A stretch of DNA of 63,991 nt, filler included, from Octopus bimaculoides (lineage: Eukaryota), in NCBI RefSeq assembly GCF_001194135.2. It is 7 parts of 7 records of this genome, joined end to end, with 100 filler letters (N's around TTAATTAATTAA, not from the genome) between each part and the next. Parts side by side here need not be neighbours in the genome. Positions count along the whole stretch, not along the records: positions 11,571 to 22,033 come from NC_068988.1; positions 22,134 to 30,992 come from NC_068996.1; 5 more parts are not named here. One strand, given 5' to 3'. Under the pieces are notes generated by a model. The model saw only the letters and a program-made list of their open reading frames with translations. It was not told where the DNA came from and ran no database searches. The position numbers and the translations under genes were made by a program. Below, one piece after another: positions 13,663-27,451 of this stretch (position 1 is its first letter; each line of letters opens with the position of its first letter).

Positions 13663-13698
<36 letters not shown>

Positions 13699-13879
13699 NN
13701 NNNNNNNNNNNNNNNNNNNNNNNNNNNNNNNNNNNNNNNNNNNNNNNNNNNNNNNNNNNNNNNNNNNNNNNNNNNNNNNNNNNNNNNNNNNNNNNNNNNN
13801 NNNNNNNNNNNNNNNNNNNNNNNNNNNNNNNNNNNNNNNNNNNNNNNNNNNNNNNNNNNNNNNNNNNNNNNNNNNNTGT

Positions 13880-14220
13880 ATATATGTATGTACATACATA
13901 CATATATACATGCATATTTACTTTCATGCATATGTGCATGCTTGCATGCATACATGAATGCATACATACATCCATACATACATACATGCATACATACATC
14001 CATACATACATACATGCATATATACATACATGCATACATACATACATCCATACATACATACATACATGCATGCATACATACATACATACATACATATATA
14101 CATGCATACATACATACATACAAACATACATGCATATATACATACATGCATACATACATACATACATGCATATATACATACATACATACGTACGTACACA
14201 CATACGTACGTACGTGCCCA
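13880..14220. repeat. (TACA)n-type compound microsatellite
   Basis: Direct reading. Confidence 0.9.
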
Positions 14221-14737
14221 TATGAGACTTCACACACGGCAATATACAAAGATATACAAAGAGATATATTTAGGTGATGCCTCGAGTTGGTCGCGTGCGA
14301 TCATTGTTTCACCTTCCGCCATCATTAAACTAAATAAAACATTATACGTACGAAAGCTTTCTCGCCCTGTCAAACTCGTCTCATTTCCCATGGCCCCACC
14401 AAATGCACACGCCATAATCACCACCGCCCTCAGCATCCCTGTTGCAGCCTCCGTCTTCTGTGACGCCGTCGAACGGTAGCTAAGCTCTCTGTTAATCATA
14501 TAGTCGTTAAAGAGGTTCTATTATGTTTTAGCTTATTTGCTGTTATATGAGATTTTATTTCAAAACATAAGGAATAATTCAGTGTGTGCATTTGTGTATA
14601 TGAGTTTCTATTCATGAATGTGTATGCGCATGGGGCAGTAGTGTTCATGTGTTTCTATGTTCGTATATATTATGTATACAAAGTACATACTAAGCTGCAT
14701 ATGTTTGTGTATGTATGTACACACACACACACACACT

Positions 14738-14787
<50 letters not shown>

Positions 14788-14955
14788 CGTGCATACATAC
14801 ATACATACATACATGTATATCTAGAGAGATGGAAAGATAGAATGATAGATAGACATAGACAGATAGACAGACAGACAGATAGATAGAAGACAGACAGACC
14901 AATAAATCGAGAAACAGATTGACAAATTGATGGATAGGTAGGTAGGTAGGTAGGT

Positions 14956-14986
<31 letters not shown>

Positions 14987-15067
14987 TTTCAAATTTTGGT
15001 ACAACGNNNNNNNNNNNNNNNNNNNNNNNNNNNNNNNNNNNNNNNNNNNNNNNNNNNNNNNNNNNNN

Positions 15068-15625
15068 NCGGGGAAGAGGATAAGTCAACTACATCGACCC
15101 CAGTGTTCGACTGGGATTTCCTTTATTGACCCCGGAAGGGTGAAATACAAAATCGATCTCAGCGGAATTTGAACTCGGGACTAAAGACTGACGAAATGCC
15201 GCTCAGCATTTTGCTCGACGTGCTAACGGTTCTGCCAGCTCGCCGCCTTTATGGCTTATAAATATTCTTTTCTACTCTATGCACAAGGCCCGAAATTTTG
15301 GGGGAGGGGACCAGTCGATTAGATCGACCTCAGTACGCATCTGGTACTTAATTTATCGACCCCGAAATGATGAAAGACAAAGTTGACCTCGGCGGAATTT
15401 GAAATCAGAACGTAAAGACAGATGAAATGCCGCTAAGCATTTCGCCCGTCGTGCTAACGTTTCTGCCAGCACGCCGCTTTACAGATACAAAATATTACTA
15501 AGATGAGGTTGACAGGGTATACAAATTTTAGTTTTACGAGCCGCCTTCAGACTTGAATGCGACTTTATTTTCTCGACCTTGAAAAGATGAAAGGCAAATT
15601 CGACCTGAAAGGAATTTGAATAGAG
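15068..15625 (-). mobile_element. Three tandem SINE family A copies (15068-15250, 15275-15479, ~15560-15625 partial)
   Basis: Reverse complement of ggcggcgagctggcaga...ccgaggtcgactttgcctttcatcc...ggggtcgat. Confidence 0.85.
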
Positions 15626-15635
15626 TTCGGAAATG

Positions 15636-15710
15636 CGCTTGCCCAAGGTGCCACGCAGTGGGACTGAACCCGGGACCATGTGGTTAGTAGCAAGCTACTT
15701 ACCACACAAC
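15636..15710 (-). mobile_element. SINE family B head
   Basis: ccaaggtgccacgcagtgggactgaacccgg...cttaccacaca. Confidence 0.8.
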
Positions 15711-16059
15711 CGATCTGATAACATTTTTTTAACAAATCATACCATGCCTATTTAGGGGGCCAAAAGTCAACAATGCGTTAAAGTATTGAATCAAAAAGAT
15801 CTAACCCTTTTAATCCAATCTCTTGTCGCCACATAAACTCAATTTTTTAGAGGGAGAGATAACCCAAATTTTTAATGGCAATTTTTTAATGGCAATTTTT
15901 TTATGGGGGTGAGATAATCAAAAAGTACTCGAATTTTCAATAAACCCCCATGCTAAAAGCTTTCTTCTCATATCCATTTCTTTTGTGAAAATTACAATCA
16001 ATAAATAATCTTTAAGTATTTAAAATAGGGAGTTACTTTTCAATCCCCTTGTACATAGG

Positions 16060-16420
16060 CGCATGCGTGACTGTGTGGCAAGAAGCTTGCTTCCCAACCA
16101 CATGGTCCCGGGTTCAGTCTCAATGTAGTGCGAGTATTTTCGACTATAAACTCGGCCGACCGAAGACTTGTTAATGGGTTTGGAAGACAGAAACGAAGCA
16201 ACTCGGACCTATGTGCATATATCTATTTTTGTGCGTCTTTATATCTGTCTTTGTCCCTCACCACAAACTGGCAATCGGTGTTGGTGTGTTAACATCCTTG
16301 TAACTTAGCGGTTCGGCAAAATAAACTGACAAAATAAATACAAGATTTATCATTCAACTAAAAATTCTTTAAGGCGATGCTCCATCATGACCACAGTCTA
16401 ATGGCTGAAACAAATAAGAG
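16060..16420 (+). mobile_element. SINE family B, near full length
   Basis: tRNA-like head (gtgtggcaagaagcttgcttcc...gggttcagtc), low-complexity spacer, 3' half ending gaaacaaataagag. Confidence 0.8.
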
Positions 16421-17573
16421 ATTAGAAATAAGAAATAAAAATAATATATGATAAAATAAGACTGAGAATATTCTAATATATTATGATTTATTATAATGTA
16501 TTATAATATATTCATAACACGAAGCTTTTTATTGTATAAACTTTCATTACGTTTATATTTTTCATATTATTTTCATTTCTGTTTTTTTTTTCTTTTTCTT
16601 TTTCCATGGCTGCCGTTGCTATTTGATGTTGATGAAAGGAAATTGGGAAATGGCCTCCAAGAAAACATTGGACCGACTCCCGGCGTCACGTCACTTGGCA
16701 CCGGGAATAGTCCTAAACCCTGTAATTTGAAGAACGATCACACACTTCTTGAAATGAGTCAGGAAATAACTGAAGACACGTGAAGTTGGTTTCGTTTGGT
16801 TTTGGCTAACAGCAATGGCGGAGCGGACGGCGGGAGAGGGTGGAGGAAGTGGCCGAGGGTGGTTTAAGGAACAGGATGACTACTACTACCACCACTACCA
16901 CCACCACCACCAATACTGCTACTACTACCATCAACACTCTCATCATCATCATCATCACCGTCGTTGTTNNNNNNNNNNNNNNNNNNNNNNNNNNNNNNNN
17001 NNNNNNNNNNNNNNNNNNNNNNNNNNNNNNNNNNNNNNNNNNNNNNNNNNNNNNNNNNNNNNNNNNNNNNNNNNNNNNNNNNNNNNNNNNNNNNNNNNNN
17101 NNNNNNNNNNNNNNNNNNNNNNNNNNNNNNNNNNNNNNNNNNNNNNNNNNNNNNNNNNNNNNNNNNNNNNNNNNNNNNNNNNNNNNNNNNNNNNNNNNNN
17201 NNNNNNNNNNNNNNNNNNNNNNNNNNNNNNNNNNNNNNNNNNNNNNNNNNNNNNNNNNNNNNNNNNNNNNNNNNNNNNNNNNNNNNNNNNNNNNNNNNNN
17301 NNNNNNNNNNNNNNNNNNNNNNNNNNNNNNNNNNNNNNNNNNNNNNNNNNNNNNNNNNNNNNNNNNNNNNNNNNNNNNNNNNNNNNNNNNNNNNNNNNNN
17401 NNNNNNNNNNNNNNNNNNNNNNNNNNNNNNNNNNNNNNNNNNNNNNNNNNNNNNNNNNNNNNNNNNNNNNNNNNNNNNNNNNNNNNNNNNNNNNNNNNNN
17501 NNNNNNNNNNNNNNNNNNNNNNNNNNNNNNNNNNNNNNNNNNNNNNNNNNNNNNNCTGTGCAGAAGCCCGTCG

Positions 17574-17633
<60 letters not shown>

Positions 17634-17792
17634 CCTACCTACCTACCTACCTATCTATCTATCTATCTATCTATCTATTTATCTATCTACCTGTTTGTCT
17701 GTCTGTCTGTCTCTTTCACTCTCTGTCTCTCTCTGTCTCTCTGTCTCTGTCTGTCTGTCTCTCTCTCTCTCTCTATCTATCTATATATATAT

Positions 17793-17900
17793 AGGGATAA
17801 AAATCCAAATTTACAAGTAAAAACTCAATTAAATTCAATTTATTAAAAATTAAAATTAAATTAAGTTTCACAGTATAAAATATATAAATATATAGTTTTA
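17793..17900. repeat. AT-rich repeat shared with 39872-40310
   Basis: agggataaaaatccaaatttaca.gtaaaaactcaattaaatt identical at both loci. Confidence 0.8.
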
Positions 17901-18129
17901 ATTGGTAGTGGGATGATGAAATTGTATGCTGAAAAATAAATCAAACAGCATTTCAACTCTGTGTATTTGGTATTTACTTACTAGCTCTTGTATATGTATA
18001 TACATACAATCTCTCCCTTCCCCAGCTGACAGTTCTTTTTGTAATTTTTCGTGACAGAAAATACACCTTTTGTGGCAGTTATAACGAAATTGCTTTCTTA
18101 TATCAGAGTAATAAGGCGTTTCAATGCAA

Positions 18130-18167
18130 CATCTTTACCCCCGGGAATTACCGGGTACACTAGCTAG
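18130..18167 (+). mobile_element. Probable Helitron 3' terminus
   Basis: cccgg-gaatta-ccggg hairpin, then CTAG|T (18164-18168). Confidence 0.5.
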
Positions 18168-18194
18168 TATATATATATATATATATATATTTGT

Positions 18195-18572
18195 GTGTGT
18201 ACGACGGGCTACTTTTAGTTTTCGTCTGCCAAACATACTCACAGGGCTTTTGTAAGCCTGGGGCTATAGTAAAAGACACTTGCTCAAGTTACCCTGCCAT
18301 GGGAATGAACTTGGAACCTTGTTGTTGGCCAGCGAGCTTCTTATTTTTTTATTGCCCACAAGGGGTTAAACATAGAGGGGACAAACAAGAACAGACAGAG
18401 GGATTAAATCAATTACATCGAGTCCAGTGCGTAACTGGTACTTAATTTATCGACGCTGAAAGTATGAAAGGCAAAGACGACCTCGGCGGAATTTGAACTC
18501 AGAACGCAGAGTCAGACGAAATACCGCTAAGCATTTCGCCCGGTGTGCTAACGTTTCTGCCAGCTCGTCGCC
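18195..18572 (-). mobile_element. SINE B head (18195-18340) plus SINE A (18395-18572)
   Basis: Similarity to the other copies in the window. Confidence 0.8.
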
Positions 18573-19270
18573 TCCTTACCACACAGCCACGTACGTCTAA
18601 TCATTTCATGGAGAATCATTCGTACGCATTGCGCTTATATTTCATTAANNNNNNNNNNNNNNNNNNNNNNNNNNNNNNNNNNNNNNNNNNNNNNNNNNNN
18701 NNNNNNNNNNNNNNNNNNNNNNNNNNNNNNNNNNNNNNNNNNNNNNNNNNNNNNNNNNNNNNNNNNNNNNNNNNNNNNNNNNNNNNNNNNNNNNNNNNNN
18801 NNNNNNNNNNNNNNNNNNNNNNNNNNNNNNNNNNNNNNNNNNNNNNNNNNNNNNNNNNNNNNNNNNNNNNNNNNNNNNNNNNNNNNNNNNNNNNNNNNNN
18901 NNNNNNNNNNNNNNNNNNNNNNNNNNNNNNNNNNNNNNNNNNNNNNNNNNNNNNNNNNNNNNNNNNNNNNNNNNNNNNNNNNNNNNNNNNNNNNNNNNNN
19001 NNNNNNNNNNNNNNNNNNNNNNNNNNNNNNNNNNNNNNNNNNNNNNNNNNNNNNNNNNNNNNNNNNNNNNNNNNNNNNNNNNNNNNNNNNNNNNNNNNNN
19101 NNNNNNNNNNNNNNNNNNNNNNNNNNNNNNNNNNNNNNNNNNNNNNNNNNNNNNNNNNNNNNNNNNNNNNNNNNNNNNNNNNNNNNNNNNNNNNNNNNNN
19201 NNNNNNNNNNNNNNNNNNNNNNNNNNNNNNNNNNNNNNNNNNNNNNNNNNNNNNNNNNNNNNNNNNNNNN

Positions 19271-19341
<71 letters not shown>

Positions 19342-19859
19342 TGTTAGGTGTGGTGTACAGAAATTGAATATTGAGAAAAAAAGTCGTCAGAATTTTGTAA
19401 AAGAAAAATCCTTTTTATTGCTTTATTATTATTAACGTTTTCGTTCCTTTCTCGAACTTGTCAAATACAATTTTGTGAATGGACAAACAGCTTGTTCATT
19501 TATATAAAACAGTTGTTTTTTTGTTTTTTGGTGGGGGATGTTTAGGTGAAGAGAACATTGTTTTTGTTTTTTGGTTGAGGTTCCATGACAATGGAGATAT
19601 ATAGGTAGATAGACATACGCCATAGAAACCGGGAAACCGGGCCCATGAACATGGCTAGGTTTGAAAGGGCGACGTTTATCGTTTTTTTCTTCATATATAC
19701 TATATGCTCTACATGCTACATTAATATTATAGGAATATAAATAAAATATTGGAATTCCTTTGAATATATATATAGTATAAGTCCTGGGAGCGATTTGCTC
19801 GACAAAAGGCGGTGGCCGTAGTCAAATGACTGAAACAAATAAAGGAATATATATACAGG

Positions 19860-20070
19860 GGTGGGAGTGGCTGTGTGTTAAGTAGCTTGCTTACCAACCA
19901 CATGGTTCCGGGTTCAGTCCCACTGCGTGGCACCTTGGGCAAGTGTCTTCTACTATAGCCTCGGGCCGACCAAAGCCTTCTAAGTGGCTTTGGTAGACGG
20001 AAACTAAAAGAAGACCGTCGTATATATGTATATGTATATGTGTGTTTGTGTGTCTGTGTTTGTCCCCCCA
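19860..20070 (+). mobile_element. SINE family B 5' half
   Basis: ggctgtgtgttaagtagcttgcttaccaaccacatggttccgggttcagtccc. Confidence 0.85.
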
Positions 20071-20394
20071 ACAATATTAAATGTTTCAAAATTAAAAGCC
20101 TTTTTAATGACAAGAAATAATAATCTCTGTTCTGAATTAAGCTTGCCATATTGTCCATCACCATGATTGGTTTGTTTGCTCTACTTTTTAGTTGTTTTTG
20201 TTGTTGTTATTGAAAAGCGTTCGACTGTGAGTCAGAAGCGATGCGAAGATAATGCTATGTAGTCATTCCTCCTACACATCACATGACTGTTTGATTGAAA
20301 GCAAATAGAATTTGACCTTCATGAAAATAAAATTGCCTTCAGCGAAGGAAAACATTTCAAATATATTATTGTTATGAATATTATTGGCTCACTG

Positions 20395-20560
20395 CAAGAA
20401 TTCTTAACGTGTCTGGCGAAATGCTTAGCGGCATTTCGTCCGTCTTTGTGTTCCGAGTTCAAATTCAGCCGAGTTCGACTTTGCCTTTCATCTTTTCGGG
20501 TTTGATAAAATAAGTACCACTGGGGTCGATGTACTTGACTCATCCCCTCCCCCAAAATCA
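20395..20560 (+). mobile_element. SINE family A
   Basis: Same consensus as the other A copies. Confidence 0.8.
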
Positions 20561-20615
20561 CTGCCCTCGCCGCAAAATTCGAAACTGTTGTTGTTATTGT
20601 TGTTGTTGTTGTTAC

Positions 20616-20664
<49 letters not shown>

Positions 20665-22199
20665 TAGTTTTATTTTTATATCGTGCTTTCACTTCACTAC
20701 CGAGCGCAGCTCTGTGTGCCTTGGGTATGTGCTGTGGTTTGCTGTGATGCTCTTATGGTTACTGTATTGAAAGTGTTTTGCGTAGGATGTGTGCAGTGCC
20801 CAGTAGTGCAATTTTTTGTATGTTGTATATATTTTTACGTCCTGGTGCTTTTGTTGTGTATTTGTCTGAATATTTTTTTATCATATCTAATGCGCCCCTT
20901 ATGATAGGAGTTGTTTCTGTATTTAAGCTTCCACATTCGAGTTACCTCTATTTCTAAATCTTTGTATTATTATTATTATTATTATGATTGAGTGAGAGAG
21001 CAGTGCATGCCATCAAAATGGCACTGGGGTAAAATATACGAAGCCCAGTATACCCATTATGACTACCCGTTTGATAAGGGTACACCAAGCACATGCATCA
21101 CAACCATATGTGTGCGATATGGAGATCTCATATCAAGATAAACAGCACATGACCTCGCAGGTGGGGCCCAGTTAGAATTTTCTTCAGGTCGTGTAGCCCA
21201 TCCCGCTCAAAAGGTCCCTCAATAAGGTTTGTTTCAGGATGTTGAACAAAACACCCATATTTCCAAATGTGAATTATCCAAACCCCAAAGAATTCTTCTT
21301 AACACATGGCTATGATGCTCCAAGGCGGCGAGCTGGCAGAATCGTCAGCACGCCGGGGTCGATAAGTGAAGTACTACTGAAACACTGGAGTCGATGTAAT
21401 CGACTAGTCACTCCTCACTAAATCTCAGCCCTTGTGACTTTCGTAGAATGGATTATTTGTTCTTGTTGTTGGTATTCACGATGTCGTACAACGATGGTGT
21501 GTTTTTGCTTTCTTCACGTCGCTGTTACAATATCTTGCCTTTCCCATTTTCGTCGTCGTTATCGTCATCATCTTCATCTTGGCTATTTAATCTCGTTGCT
21601 ATTGCAATGTTTTCGTAGTAAATGTAATTGTCGCTGTCGTTGTTGTTGTTGTTGTTGTTGTTGTTCTGATTCCTGCTGGAATTGTTGTTGTTTTCGAGTT
21701 TCTTACTTACATAATTTATTTGTATATCTGTTTTATTTATCTATTCATTTATTTATTTATTTATTTAAGCCTCCCCCCCCCTTCATCCGATCCTTTGCTT
21801 CCGTTGGTTAATGCTACAGAGCCGCCATTTTGTAGTACAGTTATCTCTCTTGATCATCAGACTGAAGTGAACACGATAAAAATTATTAAATTAGCCTGAC
21901 AATCCCACTGGAACCATCTTCTTAAAGATGGTTGGGAAAGGATGTGTAGATGTGGTCGGGCCTCGAAGAAGGAAAGTGGTGAAGGAGGAGGTATTTGTAT
22001 GTCTTACATATTTTATCTACCCCCCTCGCCTCTNNNNNNNNNNNNNNNNNNNNNNNNNNNNNNNNNNNNNNNNNNNNTTAATTAATTAANNNNNNNNNNN
22101 NNNNNNNNNNNNNNNNNNNNNNNNNNNNNNNNNTCCAAAATAATAATTGTTTTTATTATAAGGCAGCGAAATCTTGTACAGAACTCTTTGCACACCAGA

Positions 22200-22707
22200 C
22201 AAAATACTGGCCTTGTACCAAAAATCGAAATCAATATAAGCAAAAGGCCATTAATGTGAGTGGCGTTAATATAGGTTTCAAATTTTGGCACAAGGTCAGC
22301 AAGTTGGAAGAAAGGCGTACGTCGATTAAATCGACTCCAGAGTTCGAGTGATGATTATTTTATCGACACCCCGAAAGGATGAAAGGCAAAGTCGATCTCG
22401 GCGGAATTTGAACTCAGAACGTAATACCGCTCACCATTTTGTCCGGTGTGTTAACGATTCTGTTAGGTCGCTGTCTTATAATAATAATAATAATAATAAT
22501 AATATTTTTTCCTAAAGGCACGAGGCCTTAAATTCTGGGGGAGGGATGAGTCGATTGCATCGATCCCAATGTGTCACTGGTACTTAATTTATCAACCCCG
22601 AAAGGATGACAGGTAAAGTCGACCTCGGTGGAATTTGAACTCAGAACGTAAAAACGGACGAAATGCCGTTAAGCATTTTGCCCAGCGTGCTAACGGTTCT
22701 GCCAACA
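22200..22707 (-). mobile_element. Two SINE A copies separated by (AAT)n
   Basis: 22200-22478 and 22510-22707. Confidence 0.8.
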
Positions 22708-22734
22708 ACACCACCACCGCCACCAACAACAACG

Positions 22735-23446
22735 AACAATAAAAGCTGTAAAACAACTGATATGCAAACTAAAACTAGAACAACGACGTATTATGATAAA
22801 ACGATACCAAGAAAAGCCTTTACATGGCAAATACTGGAATAAGCTTAACACAAAAGAATTAGACAATGTAAAAACTCCCCAGAGGCTGAGAAGATCAGGA
22901 TTCAAAGCAAAGACTGAAGAATTTTTAATTGCTGCACAAGATCAAAGCCTCCCCACCAGAAACACATAATGAAAGAAAATACAAGTAACTGCAGAATATG
23001 TGGTGAGGGGGAAGAAACAATAAATCATATTGTCTCTGATTGCCCAGTCCTGGCTAAGGAGGAATATATTCACAGACATGACAGAGTTGGGACCTATATA
23101 CACCGGAATCTATGCAAACACTAGGGAATAACAACAGAAAAAAGATGGTATAAACACACGCCAGAAAAGGTCACAGAAAACTAGAAAGCAACCATACTCT
23201 GGGATGTGCCAATACACACAGATAGAGAAATTAAGGCCAATAGGCCAGATATAGTTGGCAGAGATCACCAAGAAAGAAAATGCTTTCTAATCGATGTATC
23301 AATTCCAACAGATGACACTTTCTCTAAAAGAGACGGAGAAACTCTCAATATACAAAGATCTGGAAATAGAGTCAACGTGAAGCCTAAAAACAGAAACAAT
23401 CACAGGTGCATTAGGTATGATTGAAAAAACATTCAAACAAATACAT
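22735..23446 (+). mobile_element. R4/Dong-like non-LTR retrotransposon 3' fragment (CCHC finger plus restriction-like endonuclease)
   Basis: FLIAAQDQSLPTR, CRICGEGEETINHIVSDCPVLA..YIHRHDRV, ILWD..IHTDREIKANRPDI..CFLIDVSIP; stops and frameshifts. Confidence 0.85.
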
Positions 23447-23519
23447 AATCGTGCTCACAATTCTACTAACTCACCGCCTTGTGGGAGGGACGATAATATT
23501 GATTTCAGTACATGACTGA

Positions 23520-24098
23520 TAAGTTATTTTATTCACCCCGCAAAAGATGAAAAATAAAGTTGATCCATACAAGATTTGAACCTAGAACATAGAAAGCCGT
23601 AACTGAATACCGCAAAGCATTTTGTCAGGTGCTCTACCCAATTTTCCAATCTATCGCTCTGATGGTATAAAGAAAACGCTTACCAAATCAGGCACAAGGC
23701 AAGGGGAAGGTATTAGTCAATACCACCAACCCCTGTACTTGAACAGTATTTTATTGACCCCGAAAAGGTGAACGACAAAGTTGATCCCGGCAGGATATGC
23801 ACATAAGACGCAAAGAAATGAAGCAAATACTGCGAAATATTTTGTCCGAAGCTGTAATGGTTCTTATTTCTTTACTGCCTACAAGGGGCTACACACAAAG
23901 GGGACAAACAAGGACAGACAAACGGATTAAGTCGATTATATCGACCCCAGTGCGTAACTGGTACTTATTTAATCGACCCCGAAAGGATTAAAGGATAAAG
24001 TCGACCTCGGCGGACTTTGACCTCAGAACGTAGCGGCAGACGAAATACCGCTAAACATTTCGCCCGGTGTGCTAACCATTCTGCCAGCTCCCCGCCTT
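23520..24098 (-). mobile_element. Three SINE A copies (two degenerate, one well preserved at 23880-24098)
   Basis: Same consensus. Confidence 0.75.
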
Positions 24099-24465
24099 CG
24101 AAGCTGTAATGATTCTGCCGGTGGTACCCAAACAATGAAAAACTTCTTTCTATTCCCTCCACCGCTCTGACACATAGTTCTGTGAGATGTGGGAATGTTA
24201 AATATATTAATACTGGAAGCGACGTTTGTTCAACATTAGTTCGATTTATCTAATTAAACAGAAGCAAAAGTAAAAGATAATAATAAAAATAAAGGTTAGT
24301 TATTTAAAACTTGTTCACGGGTCTTAAGTACACAGATGCGTAGATACGCAAGATTCTGTTGAAATTCTTTGCTAAGACATACTTCAGCAAAATAGCTTCG
24401 TTTCATTTAAACATTTGATAACTGGCACTTCCTAGTCTTATGTACACGCCCATGCACGTATGTAC

Positions 24466-24528
<63 letters not shown>

Positions 24529-24530
24529 TG

Positions 24531-25748
24531 TAATTAGAAAATAGAGAAAAACATAAATTAACCAGTACATCGATAGGACACGTTTAAAGCTTGTTTATTG
24601 ATACAAAGCAAGACATAAAGCTAACAGCTGTTTCTGATCAAAATTCCCAAAATGCAGTCTATACATAAATGCGAGAATACAATTCTTCATCTTCATAGGG
24701 CATTCAAATTAAGACAAAAGATCTTCATCAGAGTGAAAAACAAGAGCATACAATATAAGCAAAAGGGAGAAGGAAGAGGTAAGAAAACATGGTTTAGACA
24801 GTCACATTTTAGCATTTTAACATGTGACTTATCCTTAGATATTAACCGCCTACCAATCAGTACCATTTTATTTTTGCTCTGTAAGGCACCGATTTAATAT
24901 ACTCTTATTACTTACAGGTACTTCACTTAATCTTTACTACAATTCGCTATATAAGTTGTTCAGCCATATTTTTATCCTTGTTTTCATTGAACTGTTGGCC
25001 TATCGCGACCTGTTGACTCCCCGTAACCACTTAATTGTTGGTCTCTATGTTCCCCTCTCATATGTTATACCGTTAAGAGACTGATGAACGTAAGCGGCCC
25101 TTAAATTCTACTCATTGTCTAATCTCTCTTACTTTTTCCCTGTCTTTCTTTTTTTTTTCTTCTTGTTTATCTATAAACAAACCTTTTGTAATGGTTTTAA
25201 CTTGTGAATTGTTTTAAACTGTTACTGACCTATGTAGAGACCGCTGGACTTAGACTTACTCCATTGTGCACCATCGGTGGGATTCTTGGTATTAATTTCC
25301 TGTGAGTAATTTTTTTATTTAATAACCTACGTCAAATTTTTTTAACTTTACTTAAGTTTACTCCGTTAACATAGGTTTCACCTTCGAGAATTATATTAAT
25401 ACCTTATTCACAGAGAGCTTCTGGATAACTTCTTCCTTTAACACCCTGAACCCACCTCCTAACTACACCCTCCCGTTAATAACTTGTAGTATTCCCTAGT
25501 CTTTTAATAGCTCATTCTCTCATCTACGTTCTTTGAGCTCGGATGGTAAATAATTATGTGCACCTAACATATTGGGCTTTTACACTGTTTGTCAAAACCA
25601 TGTTTTCTTACCTCTTCCTTCTCACTTTGAGAATTTTGATCAGAAACAGCTGTTAGCTTTATTATGTCTTGCTTTGTATCAATAAACAAGCTTTAAATGT
25701 GGTTCTATCGATGTACTGGTTAATCTATGTTTTTCCATTTTCTAATTA
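24531..25748. mobile_element. Inverted pair of PLE pLTR-like sequences (24531-24802 and 25584-25748) around an unassigned spacer
   Basis: Arms are reverse-complementary; the right arm lacks roughly 24655-24765. Confidence 0.75.
24621..24735 (-). ncRNA. Hammerhead motif with extended stem II
   Basis: CTGATGA a gatc...gatc a GAAAC agct GTT ag; stem I only ~2 bp. Confidence 0.5.
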
Positions 25749-25924
25749 TTCACATTGGCTTCTGATAACTTTTGTTTATCCTATTGTCACCGGCGCTCGA
25801 CGTATATGGTGTCCCTGCAAACCATTTCCCGGGGATAACACAGATAACGGATACTGATAGTACATATTCTATTTTATCCCCAACTCTGTTACTACGACTA
25901 CTAACCCTATATATATATATATAT

Positions 25925-26338
25925 CTTTTATCTTTTACTTGTTTCAGTCATTAGATTGCGGCCATACTGGGGCACCGCATTGAGAAATTTCAAATCGAAC
26001 GAATCGACCCCAGTACTTTTTTCTTTTACTTCCAGCCTGGTACCTATTCTATCGGTCTCTTTGCCGAACCTCAACCGAAACCTCAAAGTTACGGGCATGT
26101 GAACACACCAATACCGGTTGTCAAGCAGTAGTGTGGGACAACCCCCCCCCACAAACACACACATATATGTATATATATATATATATATATACGATGAGCT
26201 TCTTTCAGTTTCCGTCTGCCAAATCCACTCGCAAAGCTTTGGTTGACAAGAGCTATGGTAGAAGAGACTCGCCCAAAGAATCATGCATGGAACTGAATCC
26301 CGAACCATGTGGTTGGAAAGCAAGCTTCTTAACACACA
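25925..26338 (-). mobile_element. SINE family B, full length
   Basis: 3' half, (TA)n spacer and tRNA-like head all present. Confidence 0.85.
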
Positions 26339-26355
26339 CCCACACCAATTATATA

Positions 26356-27451
26356 TACAAGGGAGTGGGGGCTGAAAAGTTCCTGGCTTTGGGAAAAGAA
26401 TATACTGGAGGATCAGTTAATTATGTGTTTATTCAACATATTCCTCTCTGATTCACAGCGGTCTTTCAGTTTTCCTAAGTCCCGGAAAAAGAACTCAGAA
26501 GGTGGGGCCTTCAACCAGGCCTCTGTAGCAGCGATCATTTCCGAATCGGAGTGAAATTTCATTTCTTTCAGATGTTACTTCAGTTGTGGAAAGAAGTGGT
26601 GGGTGAAGGAGGCCAAATCAGGAGAGTAAGGTGGGTGTCAGAGACATGTAGCATTCTGCTTTGATGGTGCAACCCTTCGGCAGATATTTTATGAGGAGTA
26701 TTCCGTTTTTGTCCCAGAATACTGAAGCCAGATTCTTTCCAGCTGATTTCTGGGTTCAAAACTTCTCGGGATGCGATGAAGCGCTGTGGCGCTACCCCAT
26801 TGATTGCTGTTTGGTCTGGAGATCATAACGATGAAGCCAACTTTCATTCATGCTGATTAAACGAACCATAAAATCAGAATTTCCTTCTGCAAATCACTCC
26901 AAAATTGCCTTTGATGCTATCACTTTGATGCACATCCTGATCTTCGTTCGTGCATTTCAGCACCCATTTTGCAGAAAGCTTTTTCATGTCCAGAATGGTA
27001 ACTCTTTCGCGAGAAATCTCAGAGTCTCAGCTATAACTTTCGCCGAAACCTGGTGTTCCTCCAGAATCATGACGTGCACAGCGTCGCCTTCGTCCTCTGT
27101 GGTAGCGGAAGTTGGCCGTCCTAACCAGGGTCCATCTGTGACCTCGAAATGACTAGTCCGAAACCTCGACACCCAAATTTTCACTGTGGTGTAAGATGGG
27201 CAGCCATACTTCAAAATTTCCTTCATCTTGCCATGGATTTCCGCCTCTCCTTTGCCTTGCGAAAAGAGGCACTTCATGACGGCCGGTGCTTCATTTTACC
27301 AAAATCCACTGTAGGGGCTACCATCATGCATCAAATCTGCAAACAAAAAAAAGAGGAAGGTATATTGTATACCATCATGATTTTTTGAAAACGTCCTAAA
27401 CAGTTGTCCTACCGCCATTGAAAATCAGGAAATTTTCAGCACACCCTCGTG
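26356..27451 (-). mobile_element. Mariner element with TIRs, internally deleted transposase pseudogene
   Basis: TIRs tacaagggagtgggggctgaaaagttcctgg / caggaaattttcagcacaccctcgt; GRPTSATT, MKKLSAKWV, ISMNESWLH, VFWD, HPPYSPDLA motifs. Confidence 0.9.

Noticed and set aside
25075-25110. CTGATGAA as an HHR core
   Set aside because: No stem II or GAAA follows.
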